Origin: Acidobacteriota bacterium
GTDB taxonomy: Bacteria; Acidobacteriota; UBA890; WLXD01
DNA length: 64,000 nt
Reading direction: 5' to 3'
Assembly: GCA_012103255.1 (NCBI GenBank)
Contig: WLXD01000003.1
Span: forward strand, 141,984-205,983
Under the pieces are notes generated by a model. That model was not told where the DNA came from, made no database searches, and saw only the letters and a program-made list of their open reading frames with translations. Position numbers and translations under genes: made by a program. How positions within the stretch are numbered: the first letter of the stretch is position 1; each line of letters opens with the position of its first letter. Shown one piece after another: positions 29,114 to 37,270 of the stretch.

Positions 29114-29956
29114 ATGCGAAACATGGCGGACGACACCCCCCCGTCGATCGAGCAGATTCGCGAATGGCTGGCCCACGAGAGCATGTCTGGGTATGGCTTG
29201 ATGCGCCGCTGCACGTGGCCGGGAAGGAAGCCCGCCGTAGAGCTTCTCTACATCATCGACAGCACCGGGGGAGAACAAAGCCGGAAGCACCGAATGTCCC
29301 ACGACCACTATCGCTGGGTCACCCGGATGTTCTGGCGCTCTCGTCGCCTGTACGAGGCAATTCTCTTTCTTCTCGATGCCGCTCAGCCCGAAGAAGCGGC
29401 AATCCTGGCGCGCTCGTTGTTTGAGGACAGCATGCGTCTAATGGAGCTCGCTGAGGACGAAAACAAGCGCGACGCCCGGATCATCTGGTGGATGAACGAC
29501 TCAATTCAGCGAGCGTTCAACCTGCAGAGGGGGGATCCGGCATTTGAAGTCGAGGACAGACTCATACTTTCACGCCACGAGTTGGAGGGGCGGCGGGCGG
29601 GCCTGCAAAGGTACGCTGCGTACCACGGCGTGACCAAGTACGAGAGGTTCAGTTCGCCCAAGGACGCGGCTACCCGGTTTGATCGGAAGATGTCCTATTC
29701 CCTGTACATGTGGGCGCATCAAGCGACGCACGGGAACGACGCCGTTTGGGGAGTCGCAGCCGTGAAGCGGCCGGAAGGCGGCGAACTCCTGAATGCGAAG
29801 ACAGCGGATGTCCTGTGGCTCAAGATGGTGGCCAACTTTGCCATCCAGGCAGTGTTCGATGCCATGATCGCCGCCGCCTCAGTGCTTGGATGGGCAGTGC
29901 CAGAAGAAGCGTTCTCGAAACTCGACGAGTACCAGCAAGCTCGCGACGAGCAATAA
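29114..29956 (+). CDS. hypothetical protein (all-alpha, no recognised domain)
   Basis: 280-aa ORF; alternative ATG at 29123. No motif I can name. Confidence 0.5.
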   Translation: MRNMADDTPPSIEQIREWLAHESMSGYGLMRRCTWPGRKPAVELLYIIDSTGGEQSRKHRMSHDHYRWVTRMFWRSRRLYEAILFLLDAAQPEEAAILARSLFEDSMRLMELAEDENKRDARIIWWMNDSIQRAFNLQRGDPAFEVEDRLILSRHELEGRRAGLQRYAAYHGVTKYERFSSPKDAATRFDRKMSYSLYMWAHQATHGNDAVWGVAAVKRPEGGELLNAKTADVLWLKMVANFAIQAVFDAMIAAASVLGWAVPEEAFSKLDEYQQARDEQ

Positions 29957-30687
29957 CCGGTGCCCCGGCGGCCAGGAGGCGTGCCTGGACATCGCTTCTG
30001 CGAGCGGTCGTCGGGATCTCGGTCTCGTCGTCTAGTCAGCATCGCGCAACGTCTCTTCGAACTGCTGTACTTCCAGCCTTCGGAGCCGGTGCTTCGAGAC
30101 TCGTTGCGCCAACTGCGCCGCTGACCCAACGCCAGCCTCAATCTGGCTCGTTGGTGGCGAGTCGGAAACATAGGGGCGCCGTCGAGCCGTCTGTGCACTT
30201 GCCCTCGTTATCCCGGCGCTCTAGTTGCCGTGCCGTGCCAATCTTGAAGTAGTCGGCGTCGGCCGTGCGGCCGCGCCGGAGCCCAGGACCAGGGGCTGGC
30301 CCCACGGGCCCACCGCCGCATGCTCGACATCGCGAAGGGCTCTTTCGTGTACCGGATAGTGCGGCCGTCCACGCGTAGTGCGTCTTCGGCCTCCGATCCT
30401 TCTTCGTAGCGCGTGATCAAGATGGTATCCGCCCGGTCACCTATCAGCATGAACAGGGCAACTCTTGGGCCCCGCCACACCGCTCGAAGCCTCTCCGGTG
30501 TTCCGGCGGCGTGCGGTGCGCACATGGTGCCTGTAGTGGCCCGCGCAACTCTGGCTGCCATCGTCGGGCCAGCCGGCGGCTGTCCGCTGCCGCTCCGAAG
30601 CTGAACGGCTCGCGGGGTCCCAGACGCTCACCAGGGTGCAGCTCGCTCCCGCTGCCGTCGATCAGGACACTGCGGCCCGCCGGCAGA

Positions 30688-31275
30688 TCAGCGGTGTCCG
30701 TCCGCAGCGCCAGTGCCCGGCGTAGGGAGTACCGGTTCGTCGTCCATGACGTCGTTCTGGTTGAGCAACGGAACAATTAGCACGTCCCCGTTCGTAAAGA
30801 CCTTGGCGTCCTTTCTCGCCAACGTTGCTTTGTAGTGGTAATTGCCTACGCGTTGAACCTCGAAACTCGCACCGTCCTGCGTGCTTTCGTACTCAACGAA
30901 GTCCTTTCCGCCTTGGCTTCTCTTCCATTTGTCCTGCTCAAACTCGATCCATCTGTAGCGCATGATTCGCGCCCGCTGAGGCTCAGGTTTCGGTTCGGGC
31001 GGGTTCTCGAGATACTTGTGGCGCTCTGGCAAATGCACAGCGAATCCATCGACCCAGATACGCGCGTCGTTCACCTCGTACCACTCCGAACCGAGACCGG
31101 CACGAGGGTAGATCTGCAGGCGACTGTTCTGGTAGTCGCCTGCCCGCCAAGAGAAGGCGCGATCATACGGCCGACCCGGACCATTCTCGTCCCACCCCTT
31201 GAGGCTGCCGTCCTCTTTGTGGGTGCCCCACAGAACCACCTCTACGAATCTATGGCAGAACAAAGCCAGGTCCAT
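30688..31275 (-). CDS. hypothetical protein
   Basis: 195-aa ORF, divergent from the TIR gene. Charged and aromatic-rich (…WYEVNDARIWVDGFAVHL…). No recognised domain. Confidence 0.5.
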   Translation of the reverse strand: MDLALFCHRFVEVVLWGTHKEDGSLKGWDENGPGRPYDRAFSWRAGDYQNSRLQIYPRAGLGSEWYEVNDARIWVDGFAVHLPERHKYLENPPEPKPEPQRARIMRYRWIEFEQDKWKRSQGGKDFVEYESTQDGASFEVQRVGNYHYKATLARKDAKVFTNGDVLIVPLLNQNDVMDDEPVLPTPGTGAADGHR

Positions 31276-31544
31276 CTCGTCCCTCCATGGTCGTTTGAGC
31301 GAATGCAGCTAGAACCCGCGCCGGGTTCCCTTTCCGACAACTGCACAGGCGCGCCTATTCAAATTGGTCTCGTTTCGTCGCCAACTGCTCGAGACCGCTG
31401 CGCGTGGGAACGATCGTCGAGGGCTCCCGCTCCCCGCAGGGCATGTAGCGTTGACGTCAAAGTTCCCATATAGTTCCCTCATGGGAGTCGGGATGCGGAT
31501 CGTGGGAAATGGTGAAGTGTAGGAAGTGTTCGCAGGAGGCCGGT

Positions 31545-33137
31545 ATGAGAAGGGATAGGGGCGGGCTTGTGGTTGATCTAGCGGCAGAACTGGAAACCCT
31601 GATGAAGGCCGGAGGGGTGAAGGGCTACGTCAAGGCGAGCGAAGCGCCTATCCTCGGCGTCTGTGCGGAGCACTCTGGCCGCGATCAAGAGCCTCGGCAA
31701 GCGCTGGAGGCGCTCGTGCGATCCGCGATCGCGAGGATCGACGCCGGCCAGGACCGGGAGGCCCTGACTGAACTGTTCCTGGCACCCACGGGCGATCAGT
31801 CGCTGGCCGCACGCGGAGCGAAGGCGGCCGAACACTTTGACATCAGCTACGACGCGCTCCGCCGTCGGAACGATCAAGGCGTCCGGCGAATCGATTCGCT
31901 GTTGGAGCAGCTGGCGGCGAACGTCAACCGCGTCTGTCCGCTGGATGATCTTCTCGGTGACGCAGGGTATCGAGGGGCTTCGCTCGACCCGGGGCCCGGT
32001 GCAGTGAGTCGAGCGCAAGTCTTTCTGAGCTACTCGCACCACGATGATGCGCACGAAGGCGGCCTAGTTTCCTCGCTTCGAGACGCCCTGATCCGGGAGT
32101 TCCGTTTTCAGACCGGCCAGGACCTTCGCGTGCTCCATGACAAATCCGGGATTGAGTTCGGCGAGGACTGGCGGCGGAAGATCGAGGATTTGCTAAGCCA
32201 GACCAGCTTCCTACTCGTGATCCTTACGCCATCGTTTCTGACGAGCGAGCAGTGCCGGGCCGAGTTGGCGAGGTTTCTGCAGCATGAGCGGGCACGAGAC
32301 CGAGATGACCTCGTATTGCCGATCTACTACGCCCCTGTGGATGAGGACGCGGAGGACCACCTCGTAGCGGCATTGCTTGCGCGCCAGTACGTGGACTGGC
32401 GAGGGTTGCGGTTCCTGGACTTTGGTTCTCCCGAGATCAGGATGGCAGTTGCCAAGCTGGCGACGTCTGTCGCCGCTGCACTTGGACGCCGACCCGAGCC
32501 GGTCGAGACTCCGACAGACGACGTTTCCCCGACAGAACTCGGCACGGTTGAGCACTTCGCGAAGATGCAACTCGCGCTTCCTCGGGTCATCCGCGGCATC
32601 GCGACATTCACGAGTGAGCAAGAGGGCGTTGGGAACGAGTTTCGGCAGACTACGGAGCAGCTGAACAGGTTGAACCAGAGCGGCCAGGGAGCTGCTTCGC
32701 AGCTGTTCGTTGCGACTCAGCTGCGGTCGAGGCTGGAGCCCTACGCAGACCGGATGGAGGGGATCTCAGCCGGCGTCCGTGAGGACCTTGAGCTGATCAA
32801 AGGCGGCATCCACGCGATCGCGGCTGAACTTCCAGACTCTCAGGAGGCGGGGCTCGAGGAGACGACGCTCGGTATGCTCGACGCTATCCGCGAGTCGCTA
32901 GGTGCGATGCAGGATGCCGAGGACAGCGTCGAGGAGTTCGCCGACGTGGCCACAGGGCTAGGCCAGAAAACCTCGACGCTGAGGCCTGTGCTGAATCGAA
33001 TCGTGGCGTCCGCTCGCTTCGTCCGCACTTGCAAGGAGCGGTTCGCGCAATGGCTTGGCATTCTTGAACAAGCCCTGGACGACTGGCGGAGAAAGGCTGC
33101 GTCCGTTCCGCCGCCCGAGGACGAATCCCAGCGGTAG
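31545..33137 (+). CDS. TIR-domain protein with N-terminal helical (HTH-like) region and long C-terminal coiled-coil/helical domain
   Basis: …AQVFLSYSHHDDAH…GQDLRVLHDKSGIEFGEDWRRKIEDLLSQTSFLLVILTPSFLTSEQCRAELARFL…LVLPIYYAPVD… is the canonical TIR pattern, including the Glu in the …SEQCRAEL… block. AGGAGG RBS 5 nt upstream of ATG 31545; an in-frame upstream ATG exists at 31509. Confidence 0.8.
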   Translation: MRRDRGGLVVDLAAELETLMKAGGVKGYVKASEAPILGVCAEHSGRDQEPRQALEALVRSAIARIDAGQDREALTELFLAPTGDQSLAARGAKAAEHFDISYDALRRRNDQGVRRIDSLLEQLAANVNRVCPLDDLLGDAGYRGASLDPGPGAVSRAQVFLSYSHHDDAHEGGLVSSLRDALIREFRFQTGQDLRVLHDKSGIEFGEDWRRKIEDLLSQTSFLLVILTPSFLTSEQCRAELARFLQHERARDRDDLVLPIYYAPVDEDAEDHLVAALLARQYVDWRGLRFLDFGSPEIRMAVAKLATSVAAALGRRPEPVETPTDDVSPTELGTVEHFAKMQLALPRVIRGIATFTSEQEGVGNEFRQTTEQLNRLNQSGQGAASQLFVATQLRSRLEPYADRMEGISAGVREDLELIKGGIHAIAAELPDSQEAGLEETTLGMLDAIRESLGAMQDAEDSVEEFADVATGLGQKTSTLRPVLNRIVASARFVRTCKERFAQWLGILEQALDDWRRKAASVPPPEDESQR

Positions 33138-33598
33138 GCACGAGGGCCCGGGCGCGCTCCTGGCCAGCCCCGCGGATCACAGGTGCTTGAGACCCACGGT
33201 CTCAACAGTATTCCCCCCAATCGTCGGCCAAGATGTTGCTCGATTCCTGAACCAGGAATCGAATGGCGCCGGGGGCGCCGCAACACCTCGGCCCGACTCC
33301 GTGGTGATTGGTGGAGCCTCAGCGAAATCCCGCAGCCGTCTCTCCATCTCGGCAGGACGGAATTGACACGGAGTCGGGGTTGGTGCCCGACGATTGGGGG
33401 GAATCACAAACCTAAGGAACGCAACGACTTAGGTTTGTTCTTGAGCTTCCGGTAGGTATTCGTTTCCTGAAACGAATAGGCAGGTGGAGATCTCGACCGT
33501 GCAGCCGGCGAGAACCCGAAACTTCCACAATCTCTTGCGCACTTTCGCAGTGCGGAGATTTTTCTTCTTTATTTATAAGTATTTAGATCAGGCATCAT

Positions 33599-33655
33599 CG
33601 GATTCAAAATCCCGTGGGCTTTATGCCCGTGTGGGTTCGAGTCCCACCTCCGGTA
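33599..33655 (+). repeat. direct repeat = truncated 3' portion of tRNA-Leu(CAA) (attR-like), copy 2
   Basis: 57 nt identical to the tRNA 3' part (cggattcaaaatccc…cctccggta), including the variable loop. Confidence 0.85.
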
Positions 33656-33730
33656 TTTTGGAGTCGAAGCGTCGCAAGGCGGTACCAGGGGACGACGGAG
33701 GGCAACTCGGTGTCGTGGGGAATCAGCTTT

Positions 33731-34171
33731 CTAGTCGAGCACGTTCGCCCGAGACGGGCCCGACACGAAGACCAGGCTTCCCGCCACGCCGCTCAGAAAC
33801 AGCGCTGAGGTCAAGTAGAACAGCCCTTCGATCGATTCGAGTGCGTCGCTGAGTGTCAGTCCGGCGCCGACGCTCATCGCCGACGCGACCCCGATGAGCA
33901 CCACGAACAGAGTCGTGGCGAGCGCGGTGATGGCCAGAGAGAATCTCGCGGCTGTGCCGAGTTCCGTCTTCAACGCCAAGCTCACCAGTCGCAGACCTCC
34001 GCCGAACAGAAGCGCGAACAACAGGATGCTGATGTGCTCGAATGGCGTTCCCTTCAGGAACCCGCTCAAGAACATCAGGACGAAGAGCACGATCAGCCCC
34101 CAGACCACCGCGCGGATTCGTCTGCGTTCGTTGTCGCGGCTAGGCCCTTTCTTCTGGTTCGCGCCCATCAT
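33731..34171 (-). CDS. small hypothetical membrane protein (4 TM helices)
   Basis: 146-aa hydrophobic ORF (MMGANQKK…). The ORF finder's 460-aa extension is spurious. Confidence 0.4.
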   Translation of the reverse strand: MMGANQKKGPSRDNERRRIRAVVWGLIVLFVLMFLSGFLKGTPFEHISILLFALLFGGGLRLVSLALKTELGTAARFSLAITALATTLFVVLIGVASAMSVGAGLTLSDALESIEGLFYLTSALFLSGVAGSLVFVSGPSRANVLD

Positions 34172-34390
34172 CAAGCCTCCAGGACGTGCCTGCCGGTCGC
34201 CGGCACGATCGTCAGGCGTTCCCATCGAGTAACGGTTGACGACGTCAACATTACATTTCGATGTTGTCGGCGTCAACATATGCACTCCGACCTTCCGCGC
34301 CTTCGGTGCGCGGTTCCGCAACTGGCGAGCCACGACGATGCCCCCGCGGGTGCCTGGACACTGCCTGGGCTCAGGTTCGAAAATAGTGCG

Positions 34391-34954
34391 ATGGACGACG
34401 CACGCGTGAGGGAACTGATGCGGTCGGCGTGGGCCAAGCGCCGGTCTTCCTTCGATGCCACCCCTACGGATTGTCGGTCCCTGCTCGCCGCTGCGAAGCA
34501 GGAGTTGACCGAGGCGTCCGAACTGTCTCGGTCCACGGGCGGCGCGACGTATGCGCAGGCGATCCACTTGCTCGCGAACGTCGAGGTCGACCTCGACGAG
34601 CCGGGTCGTGCCCGACGGCTGTGGGAGGAGGCAATCGCAATACTCCGAACCACCGACGACGTTCTGGAGCTGGCCCATAAGCTGCGGCACCTCGGAGACC
34701 TGCACCATCGCGCCGAGCGGCTGGCGGCGGCGGCGGCTTGCTACGACGAGTCGCTGCTGATCTATCGAGAGCACACGGGGCCGGGCAGCCTCGACTTTGC
34801 CAACGCCGTCAGCCGCGCAGCCGAGCTCCAGGAGCGACTCGGAGAACGGGCGGAGGCGGCTCGGTTGTGGCGCGAGACCCGCGACCTGTACGCCTCGGTG
34901 AACCTGCCGGCCGGCGTAGAGCAGGCCGAGCGCCGTTTGCAGCGGCTGCGCTAG
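34391..34954 (+). CDS. TPR-like repeat protein
   Basis: 188 aa. Helical repeats with alternating A/L-rich pairs (…AQAIHLLANVEVDL…, …AAACYDESLLIYRE…, …AEAARLWRETRDLY…). Confidence 0.45.
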   Translation: MDDARVRELMRSAWAKRRSSFDATPTDCRSLLAAAKQELTEASELSRSTGGATYAQAIHLLANVEVDLDEPGRARRLWEEAIAILRTTDDVLELAHKLRHLGDLHHRAERLAAAAACYDESLLIYREHTGPGSLDFANAVSRAAELQERLGERAEAARLWRETRDLYASVNLPAGVEQAERRLQRLR

Positions 34955-34970
34955 CGCGATCGTGCCCCCA

Positions 34971-34993
34971 TGGGTTCGAGTCCCACCTCCGGT
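34971..34993 (+). repeat. direct repeat = 23-nt 3' end of tRNA-Leu(CAA) (T-loop to discriminator), copy 3
   Basis: gggttcgagtcccacctccggta is identical to 25642-25664. It lies 16 nt after the TPR gene stop. Confidence 0.75.
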
Positions 34994-35111
34994 AGCTAGA
35001 ACATTCGCTCGCTGATTCCGGCGCCCCCTGTCGGCAGCATCGTCGTCTGCAACGTGTAGCATCACGGATTCCGAAACTGCGCAGCACGAAGCGCTAAACC
35101 AGGGAGTCCGC

Positions 35112-35957
35112 ATGAAAACCCGCTCGACCGCACTCTGGCTTACCGTGGGCGCTACCGCCCTGACGCTCGCGTGCGCTCCTGCCGCAGAAACCGAAGATCC
35201 TGCGCCGGAGACCGCCGCCCAAGAAGAGGCGCCCGAGTCGCCGCCGCATTGGACCTACGAGGGACAAACGGGACCGGCCGCCTGGGGCGGCCTGAGCGCG
35301 GAGTTCTCCGCGTGCGCCGAGGGCATGCAGCAGTCGCCGATCGATATCACCGGCGCCCTCGCGGAAACACTCCCGGAGTTGCGTGCCCAGTTTGGTGAAG
35401 TCGCCCTGCGGATCGTTCACGCGGAACACGTCGCCGATGCGATCAACAACGGTCACACGATCCAGGTGAACTACACCGAGGGCGACATGCTGAGCGTGGA
35501 CGACACCGATTACGAACTGGTGCAGTACCACTTCCACAGCCCGAGCGAACACACGGTAGAAGGCGCGCACTTCCCCATGGAGATGCACTTCGTGCATGCG
35601 GCGGCCGACGGCGCACTCGCCGTGATCGGCGTGTTCATCGAGGAGGGCGAACACAACGACGCCTTCGATCCGATCTGGAACAACCTGCCGCAGGAACAGG
35701 GCGTGGAGAATCACATCGGCGAGGTAACCGTCGACGTCGACCAACTGCTGCCCGCGAACGCAACCAGCTATCGCTACGCCGGCTCGCTCACGACGCCTCC
35801 CTGCTCGGAAGGCGTTGCCTGGATCGTGATGACCGAACCCATCCAGCTGTCCGGGGAGCAGATCGGGGCGTTTACGGCCCTGATCGAGGGGAACAACCGC
35901 CCGGTGCAGCCGCTGAACGGCCGGCCGATCGTCACCGACCAGGTCGAGAATTCCTGA
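35112..35957 (+). CDS. alpha-class carbonic anhydrase, secreted
   Basis: …HWTYEGQTGPAAWGGL…QSPIDI…, …QYHFHSPSEHTVEGAHFPMEMHFVH…, and …GSLTTPPCSEGVAWIV… are alpha-CA hallmark blocks (zinc-ligand His residues). Signal peptide present. Confidence 0.9.
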   Translation: MKTRSTALWLTVGATALTLACAPAAETEDPAPETAAQEEAPESPPHWTYEGQTGPAAWGGLSAEFSACAEGMQQSPIDITGALAETLPELRAQFGEVALRIVHAEHVADAINNGHTIQVNYTEGDMLSVDDTDYELVQYHFHSPSEHTVEGAHFPMEMHFVHAAADGALAVIGVFIEEGEHNDAFDPIWNNLPQEQGVENHIGEVTVDVDQLLPANATSYRYAGSLTTPPCSEGVAWIVMTEPIQLSGEQIGAFTALIEGNNRPVQPLNGRPIVTDQVENS

Positions 35958-35977
35958 CCCGCTGAGGTAGAACGGTC

Positions 35978-37270
35978 ATGTCTCTCCATGCTCTACGGAC
36001 TCGTGAATCCATAGGCCCAGCCAATCGCGCTGCCGCACTCACTCTCGTTCTCGCCGTGCTGCTCTTGCCCGCCACAGCGGTCTCGGGGCAGGAGCAGGAG
36101 ACGGCCGCAACCTCGAACGACGAGGCTTCCGACGCCGGCGGCGCTGAGGGAACCTCGGAGGCGACAGGCGAACCCTCCGGCTCGAAGGGGATTCTTGCGG
36201 AGCCGATCCAGGTCGGGGATGACCTCAGGTTCCAGTTTGGCGGCTTTGTGAAAACCGACCTGATGCAAGATCTCGATCCGATCGGTAATGCCTATCAGTT
36301 CAAGGTCAACTCGATCCCGATCGAAGGCACGCCCGAGTCGCTGGCAGGCGGACGCACCACGTTCTCGGCGCGCCAGACACGACTGACCGTCGACATGCGG
36401 ACCGCCGAGTCGGCTGGGGGCGTGCGCGCATACGTCGAAACTGACTTCTTCGGCGACGGCAACTCGCTCCGGATCCGGCACGCGTTCGGTGAGTGGAAAG
36501 GGCTGATGGCGGGCCAGAACTGGAGCACATTCCAGGACATCGAGACCCGACCCGCCACCCTTGACTACGAAGGCCCCGACAGCGAGGTCTTCGTACGTCA
36601 GGTCATGGTGCGATACACCGGGCGTCCCTCAGAAGAACTGGAGTGGTCTGTCGCCCTCGAGGACCCAGACAGCCAGGTCACGGTGGGGTCCGACGTTGTC
36701 GGCAGCGGGCGCAGTCAGATACCGGACTTTGCGGGCCGGGCGAAGTTCAAGGGCAGCTGGGGACAGTTCCAGGCGGCCGGCCTATTGCGACAAATTCGGT
36801 TCGTCAGCGACGACGGCCTGGTGAACGAGACGACGGGCGGCTACGGCATCAACGTGGCGGCGAAGCTCAACCTCGGCTCTAGCGACGCGTTGATGGGACA
36901 CTTTGCGGTTGGTTCAGGCATCGGGCGCTACATCGAAGTCTTCAACGGAACTGGCACCGATGCCACCCTCACGCCAGACGGAAAGCTCGAGGCAATGAGC
37001 GCGTACGGGTTCGTGGCCGGTTTCACCCACCATTGGGACAGCCAGTTGCAATCGACCCTGAGCGGCGGCCTCGCTCACGTCGGCAATGAAGCGAGTCAGC
37101 CGGACGATGCGATCCAGGAAGCGCGATCTGTTCACCTCAACCTCGTCTACGCGCCGATTCCGCTGGTCAACATCGGCGGTGAGGTGATGTGGGGCGAGCG
37201 CGTGAACAAGAACGGCGACAAGGGCAGCGCTGTCCGACTGCAGTTCCAGGTGACTTACAAGTTCCGCTAG
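35978..37270 (+). CDS. outer-membrane porin-like protein (DcaP-like)
   Basis: Signal peptide, an acidic/Ser-rich N-terminal extension, then beta-strand-rich sequence ending …QFQVTYKFR. Confidence 0.5.
   Translation: MSLHALRTRESIGPANRAAALTLVLAVLLLPATAVSGQEQETAATSNDEASDAGGAEGTSEATGEPSGSKGILAEPIQVGDDLRFQFGGFVKTDLMQDLDPIGNAYQFKVNSIPIEGTPESLAGGRTTFSARQTRLTVDMRTAESAGGVRAYVETDFFGDGNSLRIRHAFGEWKGLMAGQNWSTFQDIETRPATLDYEGPDSEVFVRQVMVRYTGRPSEELEWSVALEDPDSQVTVGSDVVGSGRSQIPDFAGRAKFKGSWGQFQAAGLLRQIRFVSDDGLVNETTGGYGINVAAKLNLGSSDALMGHFAVGSGIGRYIEVFNGTGTDATLTPDGKLEAMSAYGFVAGFTHHWDSQLQSTLSGGLAHVGNEASQPDDAIQEARSVHLNLVYAPIPLVNIGGEVMWGERVNKNGDKGSAVRLQFQVTYKFR

Noticed and set aside
25665-34970. Search for integrase, excisionase, transposase or relaxase genes within the att-bounded islets
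   Set aside because: None of the eleven ORFs shows tyrosine/serine recombinase (R…HxxR…Y) or DDE motifs. The islets appear recombinase-less, so I did not annotate a mobile_element feature with defined machinery.
33731-35113. 460-aa minus-strand ORF spanning islet C and the third tRNA fragment
   Set aside because: Only its C-terminal 146 aa look like a protein (membrane helices). The rest is compositionally random and runs antisense through the TPR gene and the att repeat, so it is a high-GC artefact. I kept only 33731-34171.
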